A stretch of DNA of 64,000 bases from Raillietiella orientalis (taxonomy: Eukaryota). The notes under the pieces are model-generated. The model saw only the letters and a program-made list of their open reading frames with translations, did not search any database and was not told the DNA's origin. The translations under genes and the position numbers were made by a program. The stretch spans positions 372,001 to 436,000 of the forward strand of contig JAYWIR010000008.1 of NCBI GenBank assembly GCA_036172245.1, given 5' to 3'. This document shows, piece after piece, positions 51,217 through 63,232 of the stretch (positions are counted from its first letter, which is position 1; every line of letters starts with the position of its first letter).

Positions 51217-53541
51217 TTGGGACGGGTTGCAAACGCCTTCATCAGCCCGGAACAGACGTATGCTGTTCCGGGGCGAAGCATGGAGGCGAACCTGTTCCAC
51301 GCTTCCACCTGGCTAGAGCTCCAACACGAAAGGGGCTTGATGCGCACCGGGAATTCCGGTGAGTCCGTCAGTCATGCAACGGATGGTCGGATGGGGGAGG
51401 GAGCACTTGCGGTCGCTGTCGACTTGCGTAAAGCATTCGACAGCGTCGACCAGAATCTCCTGTTGGAGCTTCTGGAACGCTTAAGCTTCCCGGCCTCATT
51501 ATTGGCCTATCTGCGCTCTAGCTGGCGCGATGCGCTAATCAATGTTACTTTCAGCGGGCATACTGTTCACGGCGTGCCGGTGCGACGTGGGATCCGGCAA
51601 GGAGACAGCCTGAGCCCCTTGCTCTTCAGTACCTACTTTGAGTTGGTACTGAAAGCGTACAGGGAAACTCTGGCGCACCTGCCACATGAATGCGCCGGAA
51701 CGCCTGCGGTTTCAGCATATGCGGACGACCTCCTGCTACTGCTCCCTATGTCCACCCCGGCTTCGGCGGTCGAGAAGTTCTTCGACCTGCTGAATCGAGG
51801 AACCGGGCTTACGGTGAACAGGGCGAAGTCGTCCGTGATGCCAGTTGGTGCGGCGTGGGCAGGGCAGCAGGACTGGGTCCGTTTGGGGATCCCCACGGTG
51901 AGGTACTTCAAGTACCTTTGTGTGCCGTTGGGGGACTACTCCCCTGCGGAAGCGTGGTCCGGCTGCCTTCAAAAAGTAGAGACGGCTATCGGCTCGTTCC
52001 GAGGCGGCAGGTTTTTCCTGCCTGAACGGGCCGCGGTTTGGAACATGTTCGCGGCTCCTCTCCTCCGTTCCCTGCTGTTTGTTTGCCCCCCCACAGAGAG
52101 GATCAAAAAGCGGACGAAGGACCTCCTCCGTATCGCCCTTTGGGGCAACGGGAGCCCCCAGTCCGCCTGAAGGACTTGTGCGCTCCGCGTCGGGACGGTG
52201 GTCTCGGCCTCCTGACATTGGAGCGGCTGGAGCTGCAGCTCCAGTTCCGGATTTTGGCACTTGTGCCGGAGTTGTGGTGCACCTGTTGGTGCGTCCCTGC
52301 ACGTCTCCTCCTTCAGCAAGCCACCGGCAAGACGGGACTTACGTCGTTTCTTGCACTCCATCGAAGCCGCATCAACCGATGTGGGCTTCAGCTACGGAGG
52401 GTGGCTGCGCTGGCTAGGAAAAATCAAGGATGGATCACCTGTCTCCCCGCGAACGGTAGTGCCTGGTTGCAGGAAACCGTTCGCACGTGGGGACAGTTCG
52501 GCATGCAACCCTCCCATCAGGAACGAAGGTTCCTGTTTGGGTGTTACAGAAGTTGCACGCTCCGTGAGATCCTGGAGGATCCTAAGAAGAGAGCGTGGTC
52601 AGGAAGAACCCCCCTCGCTGCTGCGCTGGACTCCCTAGTGGAACATCAGGACAGCGATGTTGCGGCGAAGTGGGAGGTTACAATAAAAATCTCCGGGAAG
52701 GAGAAGAAGCAGAGAGAGTGGAAGACGGGCCAGCTAACTGATGCTGCGACCCCGAGTACGCCTCCTAATGGACTTCTGCGCTGGGGAGCGCTGCTGGATG
52801 TTCCGATTGAACATCTGAAGTGGCCCCCGATTCTTATGAACACTTCCATCCTCCCCCTAAAATGGCAAGAGTCGGCATTCCTGTTGCAGCACTGGGGACT
52901 CCCCTGCAACGCCCGTCGACACCACTGGACCTGGGGAGCGGTGGATCCCAATTGTGTAAGGTGCGGGGAACGGGAGTCCCTCCCCCACCTCCTAGTGGAT
53001 TGTGTTGCCCTTCGGCCCCTTTGGTTCCGCTTTGCCGCGGCCATCGGTATCCCTTGCAGCAACCCCAGGGACGCACTAAAAGCCTTCTTCGTTGCCGACG
53101 CCCTGCGGCCAGCGTCCTCGATAGCAGCCTTGTGCTGCCTTCGTGGGATCGTCGCCGCCTGGAGCACGGCGACGGGAGGACCCAACGATCAGGAAGCCAT
53201 CCAGTGCGCCTCCGAATTCCTGAGGAGGGCGTCGCGATGGCCCCACCTGGATGTTCACAACAAACAAGAGCTTGCCAGCATCCTGAGAGGGATGATGCGG
53301 CCCCAGCAGCAACAGTGATCCCTTCCCGTTCCCTCCCACCCTTTGTTTTTTTTTTGTTTAGTTTTTTTTTTTGTTTTTCCCCTTTCCCCTGCTGCCTTGG
53401 TGGACCGTACCGGTCTAGAAACCGGTGAATTGGCAGGCGCCGTGGTTCTTAGCTTCTGGCTGGAGCATTGCCACAGCCATTAATAATTTGTTTACAAAGT
53501 TTATTTTTCTAATAAACGACCCGGAGAAATCCGGGTGAAAA
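51217..53541 (+). mobile_element. Element B: 5'-truncated sister retrotransposon nested in A (RT and CCHC, one frameshift near 52160)
   Basis: Perfect 16-bp TSD TCGATCTGCACAAAGC (51201-51216 / 53542-53557); VDLRKAFDSV, GIRQGDSLSP, YADD, CVRCGERESLPHLLVDC; terminus AATAAACGACCCGGAGAAATCCGGGTGAAAA. Confidence 0.95.
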
Positions 53542-53557
53542 TCGATCTGCACAAAGC

Positions 53558-55439
53558 GTTCGATTGCGTGGACCAGGAACTCCTTCTGGAGCTCCTGGAT
53601 CGCATGGGCTTCCCGGACACTTTACTGGCTTACCTGCGCGCCTGCTGGCGCAATGCGATCATTAACGTATTTTTTAGAGGACAGCATGTGTTCGGCGTAC
53701 CGGTGAGGCGCGGCATCCGGCAGGGCGACAGTCTGAGTCCCCTACTCTTCAGCACCTATTTCGAACTGGTGCTGAGAGCATACAGGGTGACATTGGCTGC
53801 CCTGCCAAGCTCGTGTCCAGGTACGCCGGCCGTGTCGGCGTACGCTGACGATCTTTTGCTCCTGCTACCCATGTCCGCCCCGGCTTCGGCAGTCGAAGAT
53901 TTCTTCGAATTGTTGAGCCGTGGGACAGGACTACAGGTGAACAGGACGAAGTCATCGCTGGTTGCTGTTGGTGCTACGTGGGCAGGACGACCTGATTGGA
54001 TCCGCCTGGGGATCCCCACGGACAGGTACTTAAAGTACCTCGGCGTTCCGTTGGGGGACTTCTGTCAGTCAGAAGCCTGGTCAGGTCGTCTCCAAAAAGT
54101 GGAGTCAGCGATCGGCCCGTTCCTGGAAGGCAAGCTTCACTTGCCGGAACGGGCCGCGGTGTGGAACGCGTTCGCGGCCCCCCTTCTTCGCCCCCTACTT
54201 TTTGTTTGCCCCGTACCCCGTGAATTGAAAAACAGAACGAAGGACCTCCTACGTATCGCCCTGTGGGGAGGCGGGAGGCCTCGTGTGCCTTTAAAGGATT
54301 TGTGCGCTCCACGTCGGGACGGAGGTCTTAGCGTCCTGACGATGGAGCGCGCGGAAACACAGCTGCGGTGGCATACCCTAGCCATCACGGCGAAGATGTG
54401 TAGCACCCCTTGGTGCGTTCCAGCCAGCCTTCTCGCCAGACGTGTGTCCGGGACTGAAGGACTCGCGTCTTTTCTTCTGTGCCCCGGCCGGAAAATAAGG
54501 GGATGCGGACTTCTCCTGGGACGCATGGCCACCCTGGCAAAGGAGAACGGGTGGATGGCCTGCAGCCTCCCCAATTTCAGCGCATGGCTGGAAGAAACAA
54601 TTGGCACGTGGGCGAAGTTAAACCAGCCTAGTGGAGAATCCTGCAACCGCCTGCGTCCCGGCATCTACGCCCCCTGCACACTGCGGAACATGATCGAGTG
54701 TCCCGCCAGAAGCACGTGGACGGAGACGACCCCCCTTGCTACGGCGATGCCCTTCCTGAGAAGGGCTCTTCAGAACAGCCGTAAGTCGAGGTGGCAAGTC
54801 TCCTGCCGAATCGCAGGCAGAAAGAAGTTGATCAGCGGCTGGACCATGGGAGAGCTGGCAGACGCCACGACCCCAAGCGTTCACCCGCATGGAATACGGA
54901 GATGGGGCGAGCTGCTTGGCATCCCGGCGGATGACCTAGAGTGGCCCCCGTTGTTCAGAGACTCATCCACCCTCCCCCTCAAGTGGCAGGAAACGGCGCT
55001 GCTGTTGTTGCACTGGGGTCTTCCCTGCAACGCGCGCCGCCACCACTGGACGTTGGGGAACGTGGGACAGAACTGTGCAGTGTGCGGGGAGAAGGAATCC
55101 CTCCCCCATCTGTTAGTGGACTGTGCTGCCCTCCGGCCCTTGTGGGAACATTTTGCTACGACCCTCCCTATGCCGGTCGGCAGTACCCCCAGAGACGTTG
55201 TGAGACTCCTCTTCGTGCGAGACGCCCTGCCACCAGCCTCAACCCTGGCAGCGCTCTGCTGCCTCCGAGGGATTGTGGCCGCCTGGAGCGCAGCCAACAG
55301 AGGAAGCAGCGACAGGGACCCCATCGTACACGCGGGTCGCTACCTGCGAATCGCGATCGGTTGGTCCCATCTGGGAGCTATGACGACGGACCTCGAGGGC
55401 ATCCTGGAAAGGATGGTCTCCTCCTCCAGCGGGCTGTGA
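53558..55439 (+). CDS. Element A ORF2, C-terminal half (RT core, CCHC zinc finger)
   Basis: FDCVDQ, GIRQGDSLSPLLF, AYADDL, KYLGVPL, CAVCGEKESLPHLLVDC; in frame with 49532-51216 once B and one TSD copy are removed. Confidence 0.92.
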
Positions 55440-55653
55440 TCCCTTCCCGGCCCTCCAAATAGTTTCTTTTTGTTTATTTCATTTATTTTTCTTTTTGTTT
55501 TTCCCCCTATCCCCTCCGCTGCCGAGGAGAGACAAGCCGGCCTCAGAACCTGCTTCCTGTCAGATCCCATGAAATATTGGCCGTAGCGGGGCCTAGTACC
55601 GCAAATGTAAAGTGTTTATCAATAAATGCCCCGGCGTGACCGGGTGAAAACTC

Positions 55654-56089
55654 TCAAGCCGAGTCGTCCACCGGAGCTAATGATGGAGCAGTAGCCGAGA
55701 GAGGCGCTGCCCTCGCTCTCGGAAGTTGCGTGGGCAGACGATGGTGGTCGGTGGGTCGCAGCAGCAGCTGCCGCGCGGGTTCTGTGCCGCTGGAGCGCGA
55801 GTTCTTGAGCTTCCGTTCGGCGGACACTAGGCTTGGCTTCCCCGCCGGGCAGGTCAGGGTGTCCGACGGATTCCTCCGAGGCATGAGGGTGATCGGATGC
55901 TCGAACAGCTCCACTAGGGTGTCTTTGCTGGCGGTGGTGGTGAGAAGGAGCTTTTCCTGGGTGAGTCGCTCGCTTTCCCTCGCGCGCAGGCGCTCTCTGC
56001 TGACGGGCGTCGAGGTGAACGGTTGTGCTTGTTCCTTCGACGGGGTCTCCTTGGATTTCCTGGAGCTGTCGGACTTTGTCTTGTGAGAG
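55654..56089 (-). pseudogene. C-terminal part of a Tx1-type ORF1 (continuation of 58177-59108)
   Basis: Open frame SHKTKSDSSRKSKETP...AAPLSATAPSLAP; last ~45 nt match 49332-49375 of element A. Confidence 0.7.
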
Positions 56090-58176
56090 TTTTCACCCGG
56101 TCACGCCGGGGCATTTATTGATAAACACTTTACATTTGCGGTACTAGGCCCCGCTACGGCCAATATTTCATGGGATCTGACAGGAAGCAGGTTCTGAGGC
56201 CGGCTTGTCTCTCCTCGGCAGCGGAGGGGATAGGGGGTAAAACAAAAAGAAAAATAAATGAAATAAACAAAAAGAAACTATTTGGAGGGCCGGGAAGGGA
56301 TCACAGCCCGCTGGAGGAGGAGACCATCCTTTCCAGGATGCCCTCGAGGTCCGTCGTCATAGCTCCCAGATGGGACCAACCGATCGCGATTCGCAGGTAG
56401 CGACCCGCGTGTACGATGGGGTCCCTGTCGCTGCTTCCTCTGTTGGCTGCGCTCCACGCGGCCACAATCCCTCGGAGGCAGCAAAGCGCTGCCAGGACTG
56501 AGGCTGGTGGCAGGACGTCTCGCACGAAGAGGAGTCTCACAACGTCTCTGGGGGGTACTGCCGACAGGCATCCGGAGGGTCGTAGCAAAACGTTCCCACA
56601 AGGGCCGGAGGGCAGCACAGTCCACTAACAGATGGGGGAGGGATTCCTTCTCCCCGCACACTGCACAGTTCTGTCCCACGTTCCCCAAGGTCCAGTGGTG
56701 GCGGCGCGCGTTGCAGGGAAGACCCCAGTGCAACAACAGCAGTGCCGTTTCCTGCCACTTGAGGGGGAGGGTGGATGAGTCTCTGAACAACGGGGGCCAC
56801 TCTAGGTCATCCTCCGGGATGCCAAGCAGCTCGCCCCATCTCCGTATTCCATGCGGGTGAACGCTTGGGGTCGCGGCGTCTGCCAGTTCCCTCATGGTCC
56901 ACCCACTGAGATCCTTCTCCTTGCCCGCTATCCGGCAGGAGACTTGCCATCTTGGCTTCCGGCTGTTTTGAAGCGCCCTTCGTAAGAAGGGCAGCGCCGT
57001 GGCCAGTGGGGTCATCTCCGCCCAATTGCCTCTGGCGGGACACACGATCATGTTCCGCAGCGTGCAGCGGGTATAGATGCCGGGACGCAGGCGGTTGCAG
57101 GATTCTCCACTGATGTGTTTCAACTTTGCCCACGTTCCAACTGTTTCTTCCAGCCATGCGCTGGAGTTGGCGGGGCTGTAGGCCATCCACCCGTTCTCCT
57201 TTGCCAGGGTGGCCATGCGTCCCAGGAGAAGTCCGCATCCCCTTATTTTCCGGCCGGGGCACAGAAGAAAAGACGCGAGTCCTTCAGTCCCGGACACACG
57301 TCTGGCGAGAAGGCGGGCTGGAACGCACCAAGGGGTGTTCCACATCTTCGCTGCGATGACTAGAGTACGCCACCGCAGCTGTGTTTCCGCGCGCTCCATC
57401 GTCAGGACGCTAAGACCTCCGTCCCGACGTGGAGCGCACAAATCCTTTAAAGGCACACGAGGCCTCCCGCCGCCCCACAGGGCGATGCGTAGGAGGTCCT
57501 TCGTTCTGTTTTTTAATTCACGGGGTACGGGGCAAACAAAAAGCAGGGGGCGAAGGAGGGGGGCCGCGAACGCGTTCCACACCGCGGCCCGTTCCGGCAA
57601 GTGAAGTTTGCCTTCCAGGAACGGGCCGATCGCTGAATCCACTCTTTGGAGACGACCTGACCAGGCTTCTGACTGGCAGAAGCCCCCCAACGGAACGCCG
57701 AGGTACTTCAAGTACCTCTCCGTGGGGATCCCCAGGAGGATTCAGTCAGGTCGTCCTGCCCACTTTGCACCAACCGCAACCAGCGACGACTTCGTCCTGT
57801 TCACCCGTAGTCCTGTCCCACGGCTCAGCAAGTCGAAGAAATCTTCGACTGCCGAAGCCGGGGCGGACATGGGTAGCAGGAGCAAAAGATCGTCAGCGTA
57901 CGCCGACACGGCCGGCGTACCTGGACACGAGCTTGGCAGGGCAGCCAATGTCACCCTGTATGCTCTCAGCACCAGTTCGAAATAGGTGCTAAAGAGCAGG
58001 GGACTCAGGCTGTCGCCCTGCCGGATGCCGCGCCTCACCGGCACGCCGAACACGTGCTGTCCTCTGAAAAACAAGTTGATGATCGCATTGCGCCAGCAGG
58101 CGCGCAGGTAGGCCGTTAAGGTGTCCGGGAAGCCCATGCGATGCAGGAGCTCCAGAAGGAGTTCCTGGTCCACGCA
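56090..58176 (-). mobile_element. Element C: 5'-truncated close relative of A, inserted in an ORF1
   Basis: Highly similar to 53562-55650; W->stop at 57742 and a frameshift near 56550; 10/12 TSD CTCTCACAAGAC (56078-56089) / CTCCCACGAGAC (58177-58188). Confidence 0.93.
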
Positions 58177-59545
58177 GTCTCGTGGGAGGGGGAAACCGGG
58201 TAGGCTGAGGCTGTTGCCGCCTTGCGCTCTTCCTTCGTCCGCTTTCTTGTTTTTCTTTTCCTCCTCTTCCTGTTGGCTGGCGGTCTCGAAGCGCAGCTTC
58301 TCCTGGAACGCCGTCCACTCCACAGTCTTTTCTTTCGTGGCCCGCTGCCTTGCAGAAATAGCAGCGGTTGGGGTGCACGCAGTCGGCAGCCGCGTGTCCC
58401 GACTTGCCGCACTTCCTGCGCGTGCCGGTGGGGCAGGCCTCTGTGCGGTGTCCGAAGGACATGCACCCTCTGCAAAAGTCGGGTGGCTACCGGTAGATCA
58501 CCTGCAGCTTCGTGGAATGATGGTCGAGGCGCACCATGCTCGGTATTTCGGAGCCCTTGCCCATCCTCAGCTTCAAGACGGCCTGTCCGCTATACGTTTC
58601 GTTCTTGCACATCCTCTCGGTGAGGTCGACCACCACCCCTAGCTGTTTAAAGTGCTCGTTCAGGGTCAGGGTTTGGGTGGCACGCTCGATGCCCGACAGG
58701 TGCACGGTGGTCGCGGCGTGCTTGCAAAGTCCGCGGATGGCCCTCCCGTTGAGGACGAGCCCGTTATTGACGAGGTCGTTGACCACGTCGGGACTATCGG
58801 TGTAGACGGAGAATCCGCCGACGAGCGACACGCTCGCCTTGACTCTCACGAAATCGACGTTTCTTTGGTTGATGACGAGGTAGATGTCACGGACGGCGTT
58901 GGTCGTGACGGGGTCCATGGATAAGGGGACAATGGTCACCTCGGGCCCGAGCGCTCGCACCTTTGCCGCATCTCGTTTTATCTTTCTGCCGGCGATTATG
59001 TCTGTGACCGCAGTCGTCACGGACGCTCCGGTTGGCAAGGTCGCGGCGTACGACATTGCTGCTGAAGGTGCATACTTGCTTTGCCAGCTTCCAACGTCGT
59101 CGTCGTTCCCGATCCCTTCCCGACCCTCCAAAGAACTATGGTTTTTTCTTTTTTCAGTTTTCTTTTATTTTTATTTTTGTTTTTCCGCATCCCCCTCCGC
59201 TGACGTGGAGTCTCAAGTCGGTCTGCGCACCGATCACCCGGCTGTTCCCTAGTGCTATTGGCCGCAGCGGGGCCTTGAACCGCAAATACATAAACGCCTC
59301 GGCTTGACTGGGTGAAGACGACGTAGTTGTCGTCGTCGCCGCCGATTTTATCTCCGTTTCCTCGGCCTGGGATGGCATCTCTTTGCCGCTCCTACTCATC
59401 TGCGCTTTCTTCCGTTGGGGGGGTCCCGGAAGGTCGAGCGCGTCCATGCCGTACTCCGCACTGGAAGGGAAAGGGTCGGCTGCGGGCCCCGCAGCCGGCA
59501 CTTTCCAAACGGCACAAACGCAAACTTCACAACACACCCACTATA
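58177..59545 (-). pseudogene. Tx1-type ORF1 (gag-like, three CCHC zinc knuckles) with probable 5' UTR; frameshifted and interrupted
   Basis: MSYAA motif, TVHLSGI, IPSMVRL...VIY(G), CRGCMSFGHRTEAC, xRKCGKSGHAAADC, CYFCKAAGHERKDC. Confidence 0.85.
59109..59317 (+). mobile_element. 3'-UTR-only insertion of the same retrotransposon group
   Basis: GATCCCTTCCC, T-tract, hairpins, ATAAACGCCTCGGCTTGACTGGGTGAAG; possible degenerate TSD ACGTCGTCGTCGT / ACGTAGTTGTCGT. Confidence 0.8.
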
Positions 59546-59721
59546 TGTATGTATTGATACATATGTACTGATATGATTTGTGGATATCGGCAGAGTCCAT
59601 GCGCTCGCTTCACGCTGCCCGGCAGCACCGCCAGCATCGTCCCTCCAGCGACGTCCGATCTCTCCAGAATATGGAGTTTAAGACTGGGCAGCTGCCGCAC
59701 AGGTAACGCGTTTAGCGGCAG

Positions 59722-60070
59722 CATTGGCACCCGGATTTTTCTGAAAATTCATTCCCAAGAATAAGAGTACATTGCATTTACCAGTGGCGACAGCGACTTC
59801 TCGTCACAGAAACTTATCGGTCACCGGTCGGAAGGCCGGCGAGGTGCGTTCCGCGGCGGAGGAGAAGAGAGAAAAAAAATAAAAAGGAACAAAAAGTGGA
59901 ACGACGGGGGACGAAAATGTTCTTCGGGCGGAAGAAGAGGACGGGGAAGGGTTCACTGTGCGCAAGAACAAGACCTGTAGAATCTGTTCCGGATACCAAC
60001 AAGATACGTCCTTTCATCGCCCAGGTGGCGTCGATGCGGTCTCCCAAAAGATCCGGGTCCAGTGGATGGC
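59722..60070 (-). mobile_element. Decayed 3'-end fragment of L1/Tx1-type element
   Basis: CAGTGAACCCTTCCCC, T-tract, CACCTCGCCGGCCTTCCGACCGGT, AAATCCGGGTGCCAA. Confidence 0.65.
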
Positions 60071-62245
60071 CGCATACGTGCGTGTCTGTATTTTTTTTAC
60101 TTCCTCTTCCAAGCGAAAAGCCGAAACGCACACATCGTCTTTTGCAACACTTGTTGTTTTACCATAATCTTTGCACTCGTCCGCCTGCAGCATGGAAGGC
60201 GGCAGGCGCGGATGGGAGGGGGAAGAAGGAAGCTGCCAATTCGTTCACCCCGAGGGAATAAAGAACGGAAATCGGCTCTCGAAAGAGGCTGTTCAGGAAA
60301 GGTTGGACCCTGCAGCAGGCGGACAGAGGGTGGCCCAGGCAGCTCGGTTCTTGCAGCCTGGTCCGGCGACGACGTACCAGCAAGATACGGCGCGCAGCAA
60401 CCCTTGCTCTCGCCGTCGCACCTTCTTCCGTCACTCCGGCCCTGCTGGTCCCCCTCCACCGCTGAGACGAGCTCTTCCCTCCTAGCCATCGGCCCGGCAA
60501 AACGGCTGACCGAGATGTTTCTCTCTCGCTGGCCGGACTAAGCCCACGGCAGCGTCCGACCGCTCGGATCAACCGGAGGTGCACCCGTTCTTGCAGCGCA
60601 CCAGTGGAGGACACGACCGGGTGCACCACGCCTGCTCCTGTGCCCATCCGCAAGCCGACGGAGCGCTTGCCGCCCAGCCAGGCGCGTTCTCCAGCAGCGG
60701 GTACTCAAAAAAGCCCGATGTGACCCTCGTGGCACCTGGTCCAATGGCGTACACGTAGCATGACGGATCCTGGTTTTTCGGGATCTCTGCCATCATCCTC
60801 TTGCTGCAAAGGGCGCAGGTGGTGGGAACTCCAATCACTGTCCTTGTGGCATCATTCTTGATCAGAAAGAGTGCCTCCTGCCTCTCAGGGGAACCTTCGG
60901 CCTCATGGATCACCACCTCCTTGCTGGTGACGTACGCGTAGAAGTGTTCCTTCTCTCGCCAACCCTCCTAATTCGAAGGCTCGGAGTCGGCCTCCTCCAT
61001 CGGACGATGGGGTCAGGAAGACACGCAGGAGACGGGGCACCAAGGCGAGGGACGGCAGACGGGAGTGATGGCCGCCAACCCTTCGTTCCCGTCCGTATCC
61101 TGCTCGTCCTCCGGCATCTCGTGCACCGGGACTTCTTGCTCCAGGATGCCACACACTGGGTGTTCTTGCGCTGGGATTTCATAACTAGGGTCTTGCGCTG
61201 AGATCTCACGCCTGGGGTCTTCTTGCTCTGGGTTCTCACGTCTCGAATGTTTCCCCTCCCGCATATCGGGAACGGGATCTTCTTCCTAGAGCTCTATCTG
61301 CGGTCGCGCTACGCTGTCCTTCAGGTACTCGGCGGCGAGCATCAACATGTACATGGAGATCTTGAGGTCTTCGGTCTGCTTCCGCCTCGCTTCCTCGCTC
61401 CGCCGGTAGAGCTCCTGGAAGGGAGCGGGAGTCACAAAGCTGAGGGATGCGGGTCGGACATCTGGGCCAGCCTGCCCCCATCCTCGATCGGCCGGAGGCG
61501 TGGCGTATCGCGGAGCGGAAGGGACGTACCTTGTAGCGGTGGGCCTGTCGAAGCGCCTCTCGGCACTGCTGCCGCAGCTGCAGGTTATCCTCCTCCAGTC
61601 TGGAGACTTTTCCGGATTGGCCCCCGACGGAGGGGAAGGAGCTACCAACGGCGCGGGACGTCTCTTCAGCAGTCCGCCCGTCCTCCAGGGGTGCGTCCAG
61701 CTTCTGCAACGGCAAGCCGTGCAGGAGATGGGAATTAAAGCGGCGCCCAGCCGGCTCACCCCCGATAAACGCTCGTCCGGACGAGCCCTCTTCGGCAGGG
61801 CAGACGCGGCCGTTTCGCAGTCGGCGCAGGAAAACGGTCGTGCCTGAAAAGCCTGGGGCTCCCACCCCGTTTCCTCGAGAGCCGGGCAACGGGTGTCACC
61901 CGCTGTCCCTCAGTCGGCTGCTGGCGTCCCCGTCCGGCAACGGCGGTGAAGCGACTTCCGCGCAGAGACAACGCGCACGCACCATGCAACCCCGACGGCG
62001 TTCGTAGCGCCTCGGGCGGCCGAGCTACGAAACCACGTAAGGTACGGCACAGGTCGCGAGCGGTCTCCTCCGGGGGCCAACGATACACGAGACAATGGGA
62101 AACGCCCCCTTCTTGCCCTCGTCGCCTCCGGTGCGTAAACGATGGCGCGCCGAGGGTGACGTCACGAAAGTGACTGACGCCCGCGGCGACAGGGAGAGGA
62201 GCAGACGCACACGACGTCACTCTTCCATCCCCAAAACCTTCCCCA
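60071..62245. repeat. Longest copy of a multi-copy segment (pieces at 22100-22716, 35192-35575, 35585-36808); possible decayed minus-strand gene
   Basis: Near-identity to three other loci; long stop-interrupted protein-like minus frame, family not recognised. Confidence 0.85.
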
Positions 62246-63055
62246 CACTCTTTAAGCTGATGCCGAGCCCGAATGCGGGAAGAGGGCGCGAAGCTCCCGA
62301 CTGGAGCTGCGGGAAAAGGAAAACGGACTTACCTTCTCTGCCGCGTGTTTCCACTTTCTCGTCCTGTCCCATAGGAGGAGGCATCCCGCGCCCGCCGCCT
62401 CCAGGGCGAGTAGCAGGATCCACTGAGGACGCATGCATGACGAGGATTCCATCCTTGCTGTTTCTTCCTTCGTCCAAATCTTCTCTTGCTCGTTCTTCTG
62501 GACCTTATCCTTTTCTTCTCAAAGTATGGACAATGGGGAAGATGGGATAGGATTTCGGCGTACAATGGTCAGTTGCTACGAGACCACCCTTGCAATTCCT
62601 CTGCTTTCTCTTGTTCCGTCCAGCCTAGTTAGCCTGCTCGCCACTCCTCCGCCCCATTCGGGCCCCACGTCAGGCTGTCGCTTTCCCCCTTCACAACCGG
62701 ACGTGTCCAACGGTGGTTGCCCAGCGCCACCGGCGTCGAAGAGGCTCTTCGTCGTGTCCTTGGGATGAAGTCGTTTCACCTTCGCCCTCGGAAGCGGGAC
62801 CAACCACCCCATCGGGCGGGCCGTGGAGCCCTTGCAGCCGTCTTGCCAGCACTGCAGGAAGCACATTCAGCAGGGATGCCCCAACCGCCTAACCAAAGCC
62901 GTGCGCCGCGCACGTGCCAGGGGAAGCGGCGCCTTCTTTCGTGATCCCAAGAAGCAAACCACGCAAATCCTCCTCTCCTCGTCTCCCCCTCTATCTCCGT
63001 CGGACACGCAGAAAGTCATACGCTCCCCTCCTCCCCCTCCCACACAGAAAATTAC

Positions 63056-63232
63056 TTTGCACAGGATGACGCCGTTTTCCAGAACTTCCAGGAAGTTGTC
63101 CGTGGTTACGGGCAGACAGTACAGCTGGCGGAGGCGTTCCGCGAGATCTTCCTTCATGGCGTACAGATATGTTTCCGACGATTTGAACGGTTTGTGTAGG
63201 CGTGGATCCAAGGACAACTCATTGGTCCACAT
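63056..63232 (-). pseudogene. Orphan GAS2-like first coding exon, copy 2
   Basis: Same 59-aa translation and GT donor as 37598-37774; duplicated block 62922-63270. Confidence 0.85.

Larger units (their letters stand above)
49332..55650 (+). mobile_element. Element A: L1/Tx1-type retrotransposon (ORF1 tail, ORF2, 3' UTR), interrupted by element B
   Basis: APE, RT and CCHC domains; terminus AATAAATGCCCCGGCGTGACCGGGTGAAAA. Confidence 0.93.

Noticed and set aside
49450..57992. Long antisense and alternative-frame ORFs over the ORF2s
   Set aside because: Shadow ORFs expected in GC-rich coding DNA
59540..59722. HDV-like ribozyme upstream of ORF1
   Set aside because: GC hairpins are present, but I could not assemble a nested double pseudoknot
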